Of a stretch of DNA of 64,000 nucleotides, positions 11,641-22,915 are shown piece after piece. The stretch lies in NCBI GenBank assembly GCA_013265495.1, contig MU057632.1:46054-110053 (forward strand). The letters are read 5' to 3'. Under the pieces are notes generated by a model. It saw nothing but the letters and a program-made list of their open reading frames with translations, was not told the DNA's origin and searched no databases. This DNA is from Vicugna vicugna. Lineage: Eukaryota. A program made the translations under genes and the position numbers. How positions within the stretch are numbered: the stretch's first letter is position 1; the number at the start of each line of letters is the position of its first letter.

Positions 11641-12888
11641 GCTGGTACAGACTTTTCAACAGTTAATGGGGAAAAGCATGGCCACGACCACAGATGTGAA
11701 AGAAGCTTGGCTTCTTTTTATTAACACTTGTTTGAACAGACCTCTTTTTCATCATGCCTTAGGTAGGATTTTAAGTCTATCTCAACACATTTTTGAGGCC
11801 ATGTTAAAATGAAACAGGAACAGCTCTTAGAACCTGTTTTAAAATGAATGTCTCTTGAAACCTGTTAAAATGACCAGTTAAATCCACAGATGCCTTTCAG
11901 GAAACTGGCAGCAGACACCAGCGCTGCATGTCAGAGGGGTCATGGGGTTTGCTGTGGCCAATCACAGGGTCTTGCTGTGTATGAGGGACCATCGCTCCCT
12001 TGCTCAGCTGATTCCTTACCGTGGAACTGTCTGAAAAATCACATTTTTGTGAATTATTCGTGTTCTTCCAGGTGGCAGTTTTTAGGGCTTAATGTTCCAG
12101 AGGAACAAAGTTCCGTGTTAGGAGAAGAGTTTTATTCTGTGATGGGTGTGCTTCTGAGATGCCAAAATGGAGCCTAAGATACTGAGTTGTAATGTCAAGC
12201 ACACGGCAACACAGAAGAGATCCCAAAGACGTGTTCCCATCACTTCAGGGTTGTTGAATGAAGTCACCCACAAATGCTCTTAGCAATGTAGGAATCCTCC
12301 TCCTAAACACTCAGAAGGCATTAAGTCCCGATGGAAAGGTGTTAATTGGAAATAATGTGTCTTTTTGAGAATCCTAGGTTTCCAGCCAATGCCTGAGTGC
12401 CTTCTCCTACAAACATGAAGGCTCGAGAAACCTACCTGTGTTGAGACCACAGGGACAATTCACTGTGTGACTGCACAGAGGGGAGCCCACCCACTGAAGT
12501 CTGAGCCTGTCTTCCTACTTTCTACTTGGACTCAGCCACGGAATTGGTAAATATTCATGTAGCATTTCCTGCACATCTTTTAATTTTTGCAGTTTCTTTG
12601 AATCTGTGACTTGAATGTTAAGTTGAAAAGCCAATGTTTTCAACTTAGTAGGAAAATGTGAGGAATACTTTGAACTGTTAATTATTTTTTCTTCCTTTTA
12701 GGGGTAAGGTCATAAAGTATTTCTGTGGGTAGTCTTTTTCAATAATAAAGCAAGACCATAATATAGGCAAGACAACAAAATGCATTGATTCAGAGAGGCC
12801 TCGGTTCAAAATCTGACCCTGTTCTTATTGTGGGACACTGTGTAACTTACACTCTAATGCATCTCAGTTTCTTTAACCATGAAATGGT

Positions 12889-13026
12889 GGGGAGGGTATA
12901 GCTCATGTGGTAGAGCACATGCTTAGCAGGCACGAGGTCCTGGGTTCAATCCGCAGTACCTCCTCCAAAAATAAATATGTAAATAAATCTAATTACCGCC
13001 CCACTACCAAAAAACAGACAAAAAAA
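12889..13026 (+). mobile_element. tRNA-Ala-derived SINE (Vic-1-like)
   Basis: ggggagggtatagctca..ggtagag..gcttagc..gaggtcctgggttcaatcc head with A/B boxes, then A-rich tail. Confidence 0.88.
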
Positions 13027-13656
13027 TGAAATGAAAATCATAATATATAACTAATAAATATTGTATAAAATAGCTTATCAAATGTCTAGTCAATGTATTC
13101 ATCAAATCTGAATTGATCAAATCTGATATATCATCTATTCAGGAGGAAAAATTAAAATAAAATATTTACAATGAACCTGGTCTGAGGTGATATCATGTGT
13201 GACCCTGCATTGGTGGTTTTAACATTCTTTAGAGATGCTGGCTGAGGTCCTGTGGGCAAACATGTATCTGGAAAATGTGTCTATTCCTGTCAAAATTAAC
13301 TGTTGCCCCTTTCAAGGTAGAAGGGGCTCCTCCAGTGTCCTCAGCCTTGTGGATGCTGCAACAAACACAGGAGTGCACGTGACTCTTTGACAGGAGTTCC
13401 TTCTTTTTGAAGGCTGAGTACTATTCCATTGTCTGATTGAGCCTTTTAATTTCATGTCCCAGTTTTTCCTATAGCAGTGCTGGCCTCTCTACTCAGTGTG
13501 AGCCATTGTTTCTTCTGCATTTCTAGGACCTGTCCTGGTGGTGAGATTGTGTCCTCTCAGGATGCTTCTCAGACATTAAATTATCTGTTTTTCAAGACTG
13601 TTCCCAAAGGGAGAAACTCCTATAGCCAATCTTTCCTTCTGTATACTCTTTGTCTG

Positions 13657-13789
13657 TGTTTTTTTTTTTTTTTTTTGAGTTGCGGAGGGAGATAATTAAG
13701 TTTATTTACTTAGTGAAGGTACTGGGGAATCGAACTCAGGGCTTCAGGCGTGCTAAGCATGTACTCCAACCACTGACCATACCCTCCCA
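13657..13789 (-). mobile_element. tRNA-Ala-derived SINE (Vic-1-like)
   Basis: Reverse complement of the same consensus with a T-rich tail. Confidence 0.85.
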
Positions 13790-14313
13790 CACCGTTCTGG
13801 CTACTCTGAATGAAGCACCATCAGCATCCTGTCCCTCGCATACTCTCCAGGTTCCTGCTGGCACACACTGGCTGGTTTCTGCAGCAACCTCACAGGTCAG
13901 CACATCCCTCACCAGGCTGTGATTAGTTATTGGCCTAAAGGACTACAGGGCTGATCCTGGGGGTGGGGACAGGCACATGTCTCTGTATTGCCTTTAAGCA
14001 AGCAGGGAATGTTAGCTTTTGGTAGGAAGGGGTGGATCACTCAGAGAAATTTGGGAACTCAAAGATTTTCAGAGGCATCAACCCAGATATTCCATCCCAT
14101 ATGTTGGGGCCCCCTTCTTTTTCAACCTTGGCAAAGCAGGCCTTCTTCTGATGGAAGTGAAGCTTTGGAGCTCACTTACTCCCTTTGATGAGGGCCTGGC
14201 CTCAGCTGTCCCTGCTCTCCTGTTGCAGGAGATGAGAACCTCTTCATTAGCAGTGGCTCACACTTGCCTCTCCATTGTGTTAACTGCACTCAGTCTGTCA
14301 CTGAAATTTCCTA

Positions 14314-14906
14314 GAGCGGTGGCTCTCAAAGTATGGTCCCCAAAAAAGTATTGGTGTCACCTGGGAACTTGTTAGAGAGGCAGATTCTCAGAACCCACCA
14401 ACTACCAAACAGGAACTCTGGGGCTGGGCTGTGGTTTTTAAAAAAAAAAATTTTTTATTGAAGTGTTGATTTACAGTGTTAGTTTCAGGTGTACAGCAAA
14501 GGGATTCAGTTATACATATACATACATATTTTTTCAGATTCTTTTCCATTATATGTTATTACAAGAAATTGAATACAGATCCCTGTGCTATACAGTAGGT
14601 CCTTATTGTTTATCTATTTTATATGTAGTAATGCATGTCTGTTAATCCCCAACCCCTAATTTATCCCTCCCCGCCCTTTCCCCTTCAGTAACCATAGTTT
14701 GTTTTCTATATCCATGAGTTTGCTTTTGGTTTGTAAATAGAATTTGCTTTTTGGGTGTTTTTTTAGATTCCACATATAAGTGATTATTTGTCTTTCTCTG
14801 ATGTACATCACTCAACGTGATAATCTTTAGGTCCATCCATGAGCAACCTGTATTTTAACAAGCCCTTCAGAGGATTCTGATGCCTTTGAAAGTTGAGGAA
14901 TTACTG
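14314..14906. mobile_element. MER5A-like hAT-Charlie element split by an L1 3' fragment
   Basis: gcggtggctctcaaagtatggtcc...cacctgggaacttgttaga and ...ttttaacaagccc...gattctgatgc...aagttgaggaattactg flank the L1 piece. Confidence 0.65.
14445..14840 (-). mobile_element. L1 3' end fragment
   Basis: ttttttattgaagtgttgattta...ccctgtgctatacagtaggtcctt...ggtccatccatg, a typical L1 3' UTR. Confidence 0.85.
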
Positions 14907-15565
14907 TTCTAGACTAGAACACCAATCAAGCCTAGAAGTAGCCACCTAATTCTGTTGTCATATTTCCGTGGTGTCGTACACTATCCAAACTGACCAGGGA
15001 TGAAAGTTTAGTAACTGGATCATGACTTTGTGTCAGAGGCTGTGTGTGCCCACCAACACCCAGTGATGGGGTCCTCACTGTCTGCCACACAATAGTGGTC
15101 CAGTGCCAAAATCCCATCTCATTACCTGTTTTTTTTTTTTTTTTTGACCACTCCTGACACAATTATCACAGGTTCCACTTCTCCGGAAGCAGATTTTGAG
15201 ATGGTCAGTGTGCAGGATGTTGCTTCTGGGCTCAGCACTTATGGTGGGGACAGGAAGGAGGTGGGACTGGGCAGAGGGGGAAGGGGAGCTTCAATGGAGG
15301 CCCCCAGGCCTTCCACCTCCAACTGGCTCACATATGGGACTTGGGATGCTGTGAGAGGGGACAGGTCTGCAGAGAGACAGCTCACTTCAGTGGAGGGTGG
15401 TCCATATGCTGACAGCTGAGGGATCTCTCCCTCAAGCTCTCCCTTCAGCTGGGGTTCTTTCTTGAAGGAGGACTGGGTGGACACATTTTAGAGTTCACTA
15501 CCCCATATGAAGTTTCTTCCTTCATCAGGGATAAAGACAGACTTGATACAAATGCCTCTGTTAAA

Positions 15566-15645
15566 GGGGGAGGCTGTAGCTCGATGGTAGAGTGCATACT
15601 TAGCATGCACAAGGTCCTGGGTTCAATCCTCAGTACCTCAATAAA
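15566..15645 (+). mobile_element. Vic-1-like SINE head abutting an L1 3' UTR piece and an inverted SINE tail
   Basis: gggggaggctgtagctcgatggtagagtgcatacttagcatgcacaaggtcctgggttcaatcc. Confidence 0.8.
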
Positions 15646-16152
15646 CAACAAGGTCCTACTGTGTAGCACAGGGAACTGTACTCAATTTCTTGCAGTAACC
15701 TATAATGAAAAAGAATGTGTTTTGATTTTTTGCTTTTGACGGGGTAGGTAATTAGGTTTATTTATTATTTTTTTAACAGAGGTGCTGTACAGATACCCTT
15801 CTATATAGACAGAATCAAGTTAATATCTTACTTAAGATAACCAAGTAGGTAAACTATTCCACTGTTGCATATTTAAAATACACAACACTTATCAAATACA
15901 AGAATAAAAGGGGAGCTTCCAAGATAAGTTTCCTCCCCAAGTCTTGCCTTCTTAAGTATGTGGTTTTGCTGAATCGTGTGGATAGATGAATTCATTAGTT
16001 TCCCCCTTTACCTATTCCCTTTCTAAATATTGTTCTCTACAGGAAATTAAAAAAAAAATTTTTTTAAGTGCTTTTGGAAACAGCGTAAAAACTCCAAGGC
16101 TTTTCATTTTCCCCCGCAAAGAACGAGCTGGATGTGGGATTAAGAGAAGATT

Positions 16153-16171
16153 GGGCTCCATCTGGCGGCTA
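16153..16171 (-). promoter_or_regulatory. Candidate CTCF site
   Basis: The minus strand reads TAGCCGCCAGATGGAGCCC, close to the CTCF core. Motif match only. Confidence 0.35.
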
Positions 16172-16537
16172 ACTTTGAGATTAGCTCTCAGAACTAGGAA
16201 CTGACCAAATTTGGAAATGTTGTAATTCTCTTATAAATAATAGGGGGAAAAAAAAGACCATCATGCAAAAGGGCATGGGGGGGGTGGTCAAACCATCAGA
16301 GTTAACGCAGAGTCTCTGTCACGGCTCTTGGGATTGTCTTAAAATACACGCATAAAAAGTAACTAGTTGTCTTTCTATGGCAAAACAAGCCCCATGGAAA
16401 TTTGAAGAGTGGGGTGTTTATAGTGCAAAGGGACAGAAACAATCCTGCATAGATGTTCTTGAAAAGAGGGCTGTCAGGGGTGGTAGAGAGGCCTGACATC
16501 CCAAGAGAGGGCAGCTGTGAGACTGTGACAGTACATC

Positions 16538-16924
16538 TGTTACCTGCTCACCCCATGACACACGCCAGTAAATCAGTAGACCAGGTGTTGGGGGCAAGGA
16601 ATAGCAACTTTATTTGGAAAGCTGGTAGACTGAGAGGATGGCCGACTAATGTTTTAGAGAATCCTCCCCTAGTCAGAATACAAAAAATGTTGAGGGGGTT
16701 TTGTTGATTTTTGCAAACTTCTTGGTGTAGGAATTCTTTGTTCCTGCAGCTGTCCACATGGGCCAGCTCATGGTGCTCCTGCAAAACCTCTAACAAAACA
16801 AATGTTATTCTCTTTTCTGCAACTTGTTATCTTTACGTGAATGCAGAGCTAGCAAGGCTAAGCCTAGAAAACAGGCCAAAGGAACAGATCTAATATGGAG
16901 TCAGATTTCTTCTTTTCTATTGCA
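16538..16924 (-). mobile_element. Class I ERV solo LTR, internally deleted; same family as 1185-1719
   Basis: Reverse complement starts tgcaatagaaaagaagaaatctgactccatattagatctgttcc, versus tgtaatagacaagaacagatctgactgcatattagacctgttcc. Ends ggtaaca; AATAAA intact; TSD catc/gatc. Confidence 0.8.
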
Positions 16925-17094
16925 GATCTGGAGTGTGACATGCAAGCCTGGGGTCTGTCCAGAGCTCAGAGGGATGCCGGGGTGGGCAGAGGGAGAGGGG
17001 GAGGAAGGTGCTTCCTCCACAGTTACCAGAAAGAACAAAACAAATAAGGCACACATTCAACTCCTAAAATTAGAGGAAACAGAATAATCCTTAA

Positions 17095-17570
17095 AAAAAT
17101 TTTTTTAAATTGAAGTGTAGTTGATTTACAATGTTGAGTTTTTGGTGTATAGCAAAGTGATTAAGTTTTATACACACACACACACACACACGTGTATATA
17201 TATATTTTTCAGATTCTTTTCCATTATAGGTTATTAGAAGACATTGAATGTAGTTCTCTGTGCTGTCCAATAGGTCCTTGCTGTTTATCTATTTTATATA
17301 CTGTATTGTGTATATATTAATCCCAAATTCCTAATCTGTCCCTCCCCTCAATTTCCACCCCGGCCATAACCACAGTTTGTTTTCTATGTCTTTGAGTCTA
17401 TTTCTGGCTTGTAAATAAGTTCTTCTTTTTTTTCTTTCTTTCTTTTTTTTTTTAGATTCTACATATAAGTGATAACATATGTTATTTGCCTTTCCCTGTC
17501 TGACTTACTTCACTTAATATGATAAACTCTAGGTCCATCCATGTTGCTACAAATGACATTATTTCATGAA
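17095..17570 (-). mobile_element. L1 3' end fragment with internal (CA)n/(TA)n
   Basis: Typical L1 3' UTR; the minus strand translates IMSFVATWMDLEFIILSEVSQ. Confidence 0.85.
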
Positions 17571-17599
17571 AACAGAACAATCTTAAGGATACAACAGAG

Positions 17600-18300
17600 G
17601 AAGTAAAATGGTTAGAGTAGGAACCAATGGAATACAGAACAGAGATAGGAAAAATAAAGCCAAAAGCTGTTTCTTTAAAAAGATCAGTAAGACACGAGTC
17701 CATACTGACACAACTAAATGATTGCATAAATAAGCGATGGGGAACAGACCAAGTTCTCACACAGAGAAATTCCAAACAACGCATGTAGCTCCTCTGCCCT
17801 CCAGGAGGTGTAACCTAACTCCTTGCTCATTAATTCAAAGTGGGCCAAACACAGTGATTTACTTCCAAGATTACTGTCTGGAGAGGAGTATGTGTGTAAC
17901 TTCACAGTGGAGGAACTCCCTCAGCCAGATGAAACGCTGAAAGTGAAGTCATGCTCACTGTGCGTACCTTTGACTCGATGTGATGGAAGGGTGAGTCACC
18001 TCTGGTTTCTTCCCCCAAACCCACAACTCCAGTCTAATCATAAGAAACACTCCGGACACATTTCAGTAGATGGGCATCTTGTAACACACCTGACCAGCAC
18101 GCCTTAAAATTATCAAGGTAATAAATACAAGGGAAGTCTAAGAAACTATCACAGCCAAGAGGAGCCTGGGTGACACGATGGCTAAGTGTAATGTGGGATC
18201 CAGGAACAGAAAAAGGACTTTAGGTAAAAGCTGAAGAAATCAGAATAAAGTGTGGACTTTCAGTTCATCGTAATTATAGATATTGATCCTTCGATGTGTT
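17600..18300 (+). mobile_element. Old L1M-type fragments
   Basis: aaagctgtttctttaaaaagatc and aacttcacagtggag...taagtgtaatgtgggatcc...gaacagaaaaaggac resemble ancient L1 sequence. Subfamily not determined. Confidence 0.55.
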
Positions 18301-18319
18301 AAAAGGTAACCTGACACTG

Positions 18320-20140
18320 AATTATCAGAAAGAGAAATTAAGGAAACAATCCCATTTACCATCACATCAAAAAGAACAAAATCCCTAGGAATAAATCTAC
18401 CTAAAGAAGTAAAAGATTTGTATTCACAAAAGTGTGAGACACTGATGGAACAAATGAGATTTGAACGTTCCCTCATACCATATACAAAAATAAACTCAAA
18501 ATGGTTTAAATGTAACACATGAAACCATAAACCTCCTAGAAAAGAAGATAGTACACTCTTTGACATAAACTGTAGCAATGTTTTCTTGGATCAGTCTCCC
18601 AAGGCAAAAGAAATAGAAGCAAAAAAAAAAATATGTGGCCTAATTAAACTTAAAAGCTTTTGCACAGCAAAGGAAACCTCTAACAAAATGAATGGAATGG
18701 GAGAAAATATTTGCAAATGATGTGACTGACAGAGAGTTCATAGCCAACATATATAAGTGGCTCATACAACTCAATATTGAAAAAACAAACAACCCAGACA
18801 AAAAATGGACAGAAGGCCTAAATATACATTTTTCCATAGAAGACATACAGATGGCCAACCGGCACATGAAAAGATACTCAGCGTCGCTCATTATTACAGA
18901 AATGCAAATCAAAACCACAATGAAGTGTCACCTCACACCTGTCAGAATGGTTATTATCAACAAGACCAGACATAGCAAGTGCTGGTGAAGATGTGGAGAA
19001 AAGGGAGCCCTTATACACTGGTGGTGGGAATGTAAATTGGTGCAGCCACTGTGGAAAACATCATGGAGATTCCTCAAAAAATTAAGAATAGAAATTAAGA
19101 CTAGCACTACCATGTGGTCCCGGTATCCCACTTCTGGGTATTAATCCAAAAAAACAGAACACTACAAAACACTTAAAAAAAGGAAGAAAGGAAGAAAGAA
19201 ATACTGCCATTTGCAGCAATGTGGATGGACCTAGAGAATATTATGCTAAATGAGATAATATCTGGCTCCAAGAAAATGAGGGCTCTGATTAGCAAAGAAA
19301 GTCAAATACTGTAGGATTTCACTTATGTGTGGAATCTAAAAAATCCCAAATGAATACATATATATGCAAACCAGAAACAGACTCACAGACAGAAAACAAA
19401 CTTATGGTTACCAAGGGGGAAAAGGGGTTGGGGAAATTAATTAGGGGTATGGGATTAACAGATACAAATGTGAATGCAAGCCATATCAGTAAAAGAAGAA
19501 TGATGAAGCCATCAAGTCATCAGCCACTGCCACCACCGCTACAGTGAAGACAAGCCTGCAGCCCGGCCTCTGCAGCCACTCGCAGTGGTGCACCCTGAGG
19601 GGACTCAGAATAAGGAAGGACAGGATCCTGGCCCTAGGTAGCTAGGTGCTTGTCAAAGAAATGATTTAAGTGAGCCCAAATGTTTGCTTCCTCCCATACA
19701 CAGAATACCGCTAAATTCTTTAACTTGAAATGTCTGGCTTTCTTCAGTTAACAAGTAATCTTTTAACGTTCTGACCACCTGATCTTTGTTGTAAAATTTC
19801 TGTGTCTCCTAGCTCCTCCCCCATTTCTTTGGAGCAGTCCCTCAGAGCCATCTGAGAGGCTGCCATCCTGGGCCCGAAGGGGTTTGGGTCCTCAGAAATG
19901 TCCGCCAAATAAGCATAACTCTAACCTTTCAGACTGTGCACTTATTTGGGTCAACACAAACTACTACACATAAAATAGATAAGCAACAAGGATTTATTGT
20001 ATAACACAAGGAATTATACTCAGTATCTTAAAATAACCTATAACGATATATAACCTGAAAAAATACTGAATCATTTTGCTGTACAGCTGAAACCAACACA
20101 ACATTGTAGATCAACTATACTTCAATTAGAAAAAAAAGGA
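18320..20140 (+). mobile_element. L1 ORF2 C-terminal part and 3' UTR, decayed, interrupted by an LTR
   Basis: ORF 18692-18988 EWEKIFAND...[37 protein letters not shown] matches L1 ORF2p. The 3' UTR ends caactatacttcaattagaaaaaaa. Confidence 0.92.
19469..19956 (+). mobile_element. Class I ERV solo LTR nested in the L1 3' UTR
   Basis: tgtgaat...gtcaaca with perfect 4-bp TSD caaa (19465-19468 and 19957-19960). L1 sequence resumes on both sides. Confidence 0.88.
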
Positions 20141-20744
20141 AAAAAGAGAGTCTAAGTCAGTGCCTCACCATAATAATGGACTTGTCAAAGGTTCTGAGAA
20201 AACAGCTGCAAATCTGAGCCCTTATTTTCTTGGAGCCAGATATTTAGTTGGCATTTCTAATTTAAATAAAATGTGAACAAGACAAGTTTTCAATTATGTT
20301 AACAGACCAGGTCAATACATGGAATGACAAAGATATTATAATGAAAAAACAAACTTTATGTCATGAAGGAGAGACAAAGGAAAAACCTGAAGCCCCAAGA
20401 ACTTGCAAATGAATATGGATTATAAAAAGCCTGGGTTGCCCCGGTGGGGGGTGGGGGGAGGGCTCCAGCTGGGAGCAGTTTCCTCCCCCACCCCCCCAGG
20501 GACCCATGCCCAGCAGGAGATAGAAGGGGTGAGGGGTCTGGGAGAAGATGGGCTGGCAGCTGGAGCATTGTCACTCTCAGGGCTGATGGGGACAGAATCC
20601 TGGGTCCATGAGCAGCGAGGACACCCCATGGTGGGGAGGTTCTGGGAGCTACCCTGGATAGACATTCCCTCAGATTACAGTTCCTACAAGCATCCATCCG
20701 ATCCTGGCCAGCGGAGTGACATGGCAGGTTATAAACTCCCCGCA

Positions 20745-20875
20745 GGGGGAGGGTGTAGCTCACTGGCAGGGTGTGTGCTCAGTGTGCACAGGGTCCCAGG
20801 TTCAATACCCCGTACTGCCACAAAAAATAATAAATAGGTAATCCTAATTATCTACTTCCACTGGAAAAAATTAAA
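20745..20875 (+). mobile_element. tRNA-Ala-derived SINE (Vic-1-like)
   Basis: gggggagggtgtagctcactggcagggtgtgtgctcagtgtgcacagggtcccaggttcaatacc. Confidence 0.8.
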
Positions 20876-21175
20876 AGCTCTCCACATTGTTTTGGCCACC
20901 TGGGACTTTCTCCTCCAGAATCCAAGTTATGAGACCTAGAGCCAAAGGAGCTCCCCCTCCCTGTGCCTTCGGGCTTGTGACTAACACACCCGCTCCCCTG
21001 AGGGCTGCCTGGGTGGGGCCCCTTGCACCTACTGCCAGAGGCATTTTTGTTTCCTTAATCCTTTAGGCTGGGGCCTGAGCTCCCAGGGAAATAGAGAAGA
21101 AACATTTCAACTTTCCTGTTTATAGAAATGAAACTTAAACGGACTCTTAAAAAAAAGACATTTTTTTTTATCCTT

Positions 21176-21297
21176 GGGGGGAGGGCAATTAGATTTATTT
21201 ATTTGTTTATTTCTCTTTAATGGAGGGACTGGAGAATTGAGCCCAGGGCCTTGTGCATGCTAGACACATGCTCTACCACTAAACCACACTCTCCCTC
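21176..21297 (-). mobile_element. tRNA-Ala-derived SINE (Vic-1-like)
   Basis: Reverse-complement match to the SINE consensus. Confidence 0.8.
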
Positions 21298-21907
21298 AAC
21301 AAGCACTTTTCTTGATCTGTCAAGCATATACAGGGAGTCACCTATGGTCAAATGGCCATGTGGTAGACCTAGTTCTCATTAGTTAACACCACTGTTGATG
21401 TTGACTAGGGCTAACTGGTTGATGAATATGACAATCAGTGTACTTGTGAATAATCCATGTTTAGCTATGTGCTTTGGGCCTCAGGATTAAAAGAATATCT
21501 AAACATTATCCCTAATGCCTAAAGGAGCTAGTAGCAGAGTCTGAGATATATTAACATGGAAAGCGACACACTTATGTGAGGGTCCCACACTGTTCTTCCC
21601 TCATCTGTAAAATGGGCGGTCACATTCATTTTCATAGGGGTATTATGATTTTATAGATTATGAAGATCAAGTCAAGTGAGTGTAAAGCATGTAACAGAAC
21701 CTGTCACACACCAAATGCTCAGTAAGTGATATTCTAAAGTTTAAGAAAAGGCAGGGTGCAGGTTTGACTTACATAGGTCTTGGAGATCTGACTCGGAAGT
21801 AATCAGTCAATGAACCAGAAAACTGCAGCCCCAATTGCAATCCTTTTTCTTCCACTTATGGTAATACTCAGAAAAAGTCAAGTGACTAATAAAGCTATTT
21901 AATCCAG

Positions 21908-22330
21908 TGTCGACGGAAAAAAATGCACAACCTAAAATTTGAGAATTACGTTCTATTTCTCAGACTTACTGAGGGACTCGAGCCCAGAAGGCAGCCTCTC
22001 AGGTAGCTCTGAGGGACTGCTAGGAGGTAAGGGAGAAGCCACAACTAACATGAGACAGTCAGAGCGTCAGAAATCAAAGTTAATTAAAGAAAACCAGACA
22101 TCTCAAGTTAAGGAATTTAGTGCTTTTCTATACATGGGAAGACGCAAGAGTCTGGGTGCACTGAAAACCTTCTTTTGATCTGCACCTTAACTATTTAGGG
22201 CCAGTATCCTGTGTTTCTCCATCCCGAATCCCTCAGGGTGCATGGTCTGGGGTGGTTGCAAACGCTGCTGGTTTCATGGCCGCAACATTGTTTGTTTACT
22301 GATACAGCAGGTGAAATTTTTTCATCCACA
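21908..22330 (-). mobile_element. Class I ERV solo LTR, related to 19469-19956
   Basis: tgtcgac...tccaca with perfect 4-bp TSD ccag. Shares the inverted block gcagcctctcag..gctctgagggactgc with the 19469 LTR. Confidence 0.85.
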
Positions 22331-22589
22331 CCAGGAAAGCTATCCTATTCTATATGAAATAATTAGAATAATGAAGAAACACATACTGATGCTTTTGTTA
22401 TAGTCTGAAACATTTTTTTTCAAAATTAGCATTCATGAGAGACTAAAAGTCAATGTTCCTCCTAAGCTCCCTGGGACATTAAAGACCTAGCCACACCTAT
22501 AGTAGAAAACACTATGAAAAGTAGGGTCAATCCTTCGCAATTCTTAGCTTTTTCCCATTTTGGAGAGCAAGCAAAGCCTTTCTTGACAA

Positions 22590-22915
22590 TACAGTTGGAG
22601 GATTGATTCCAGAACAACCCTCCCATCTCCCAAGCCCCCCCCCAATAACAAAAAATCCGAGGATGCCCGTCCCATAAAGTGGCTTAGTAGTTGTGTATAA
22701 CCTACACACATCCTCCATTATACTTTAAATCATCTCTGGGTTACTTACAATACCTATTATAATGTAAAATCGTTGTAAATACAGTGTAAATACTATGTAA
22801 ATACATTTCCAATATGCAGCAAATTCAAGTTTTGCTTTTTGGAACTTTCTGCAATTTTTCCCTAAGTATTTTCAATCCACACATGTGGAAGCCGTGGATA
22901 CAGAGGGCCGACTAT
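22590..22915. mobile_element. MER2-like TcMar-Tigger element
   Basis: cagttggg...aacctacacacatcctcc..tactttaaatcatctct..ttactta..aattcaagttttgctttttggaactt..gatacagagggccgacta. Confidence 0.7.

Noticed and set aside
18692..18988. L1 ORF2 fragment as an active element
   Set aside because: Truncated, frameshifted and interrupted by an LTR.
20403..20837. 144-aa ORF overlapping a TATA-like tataaaa
   Set aside because: No recognisable homology, and its 3' part runs into a SINE.
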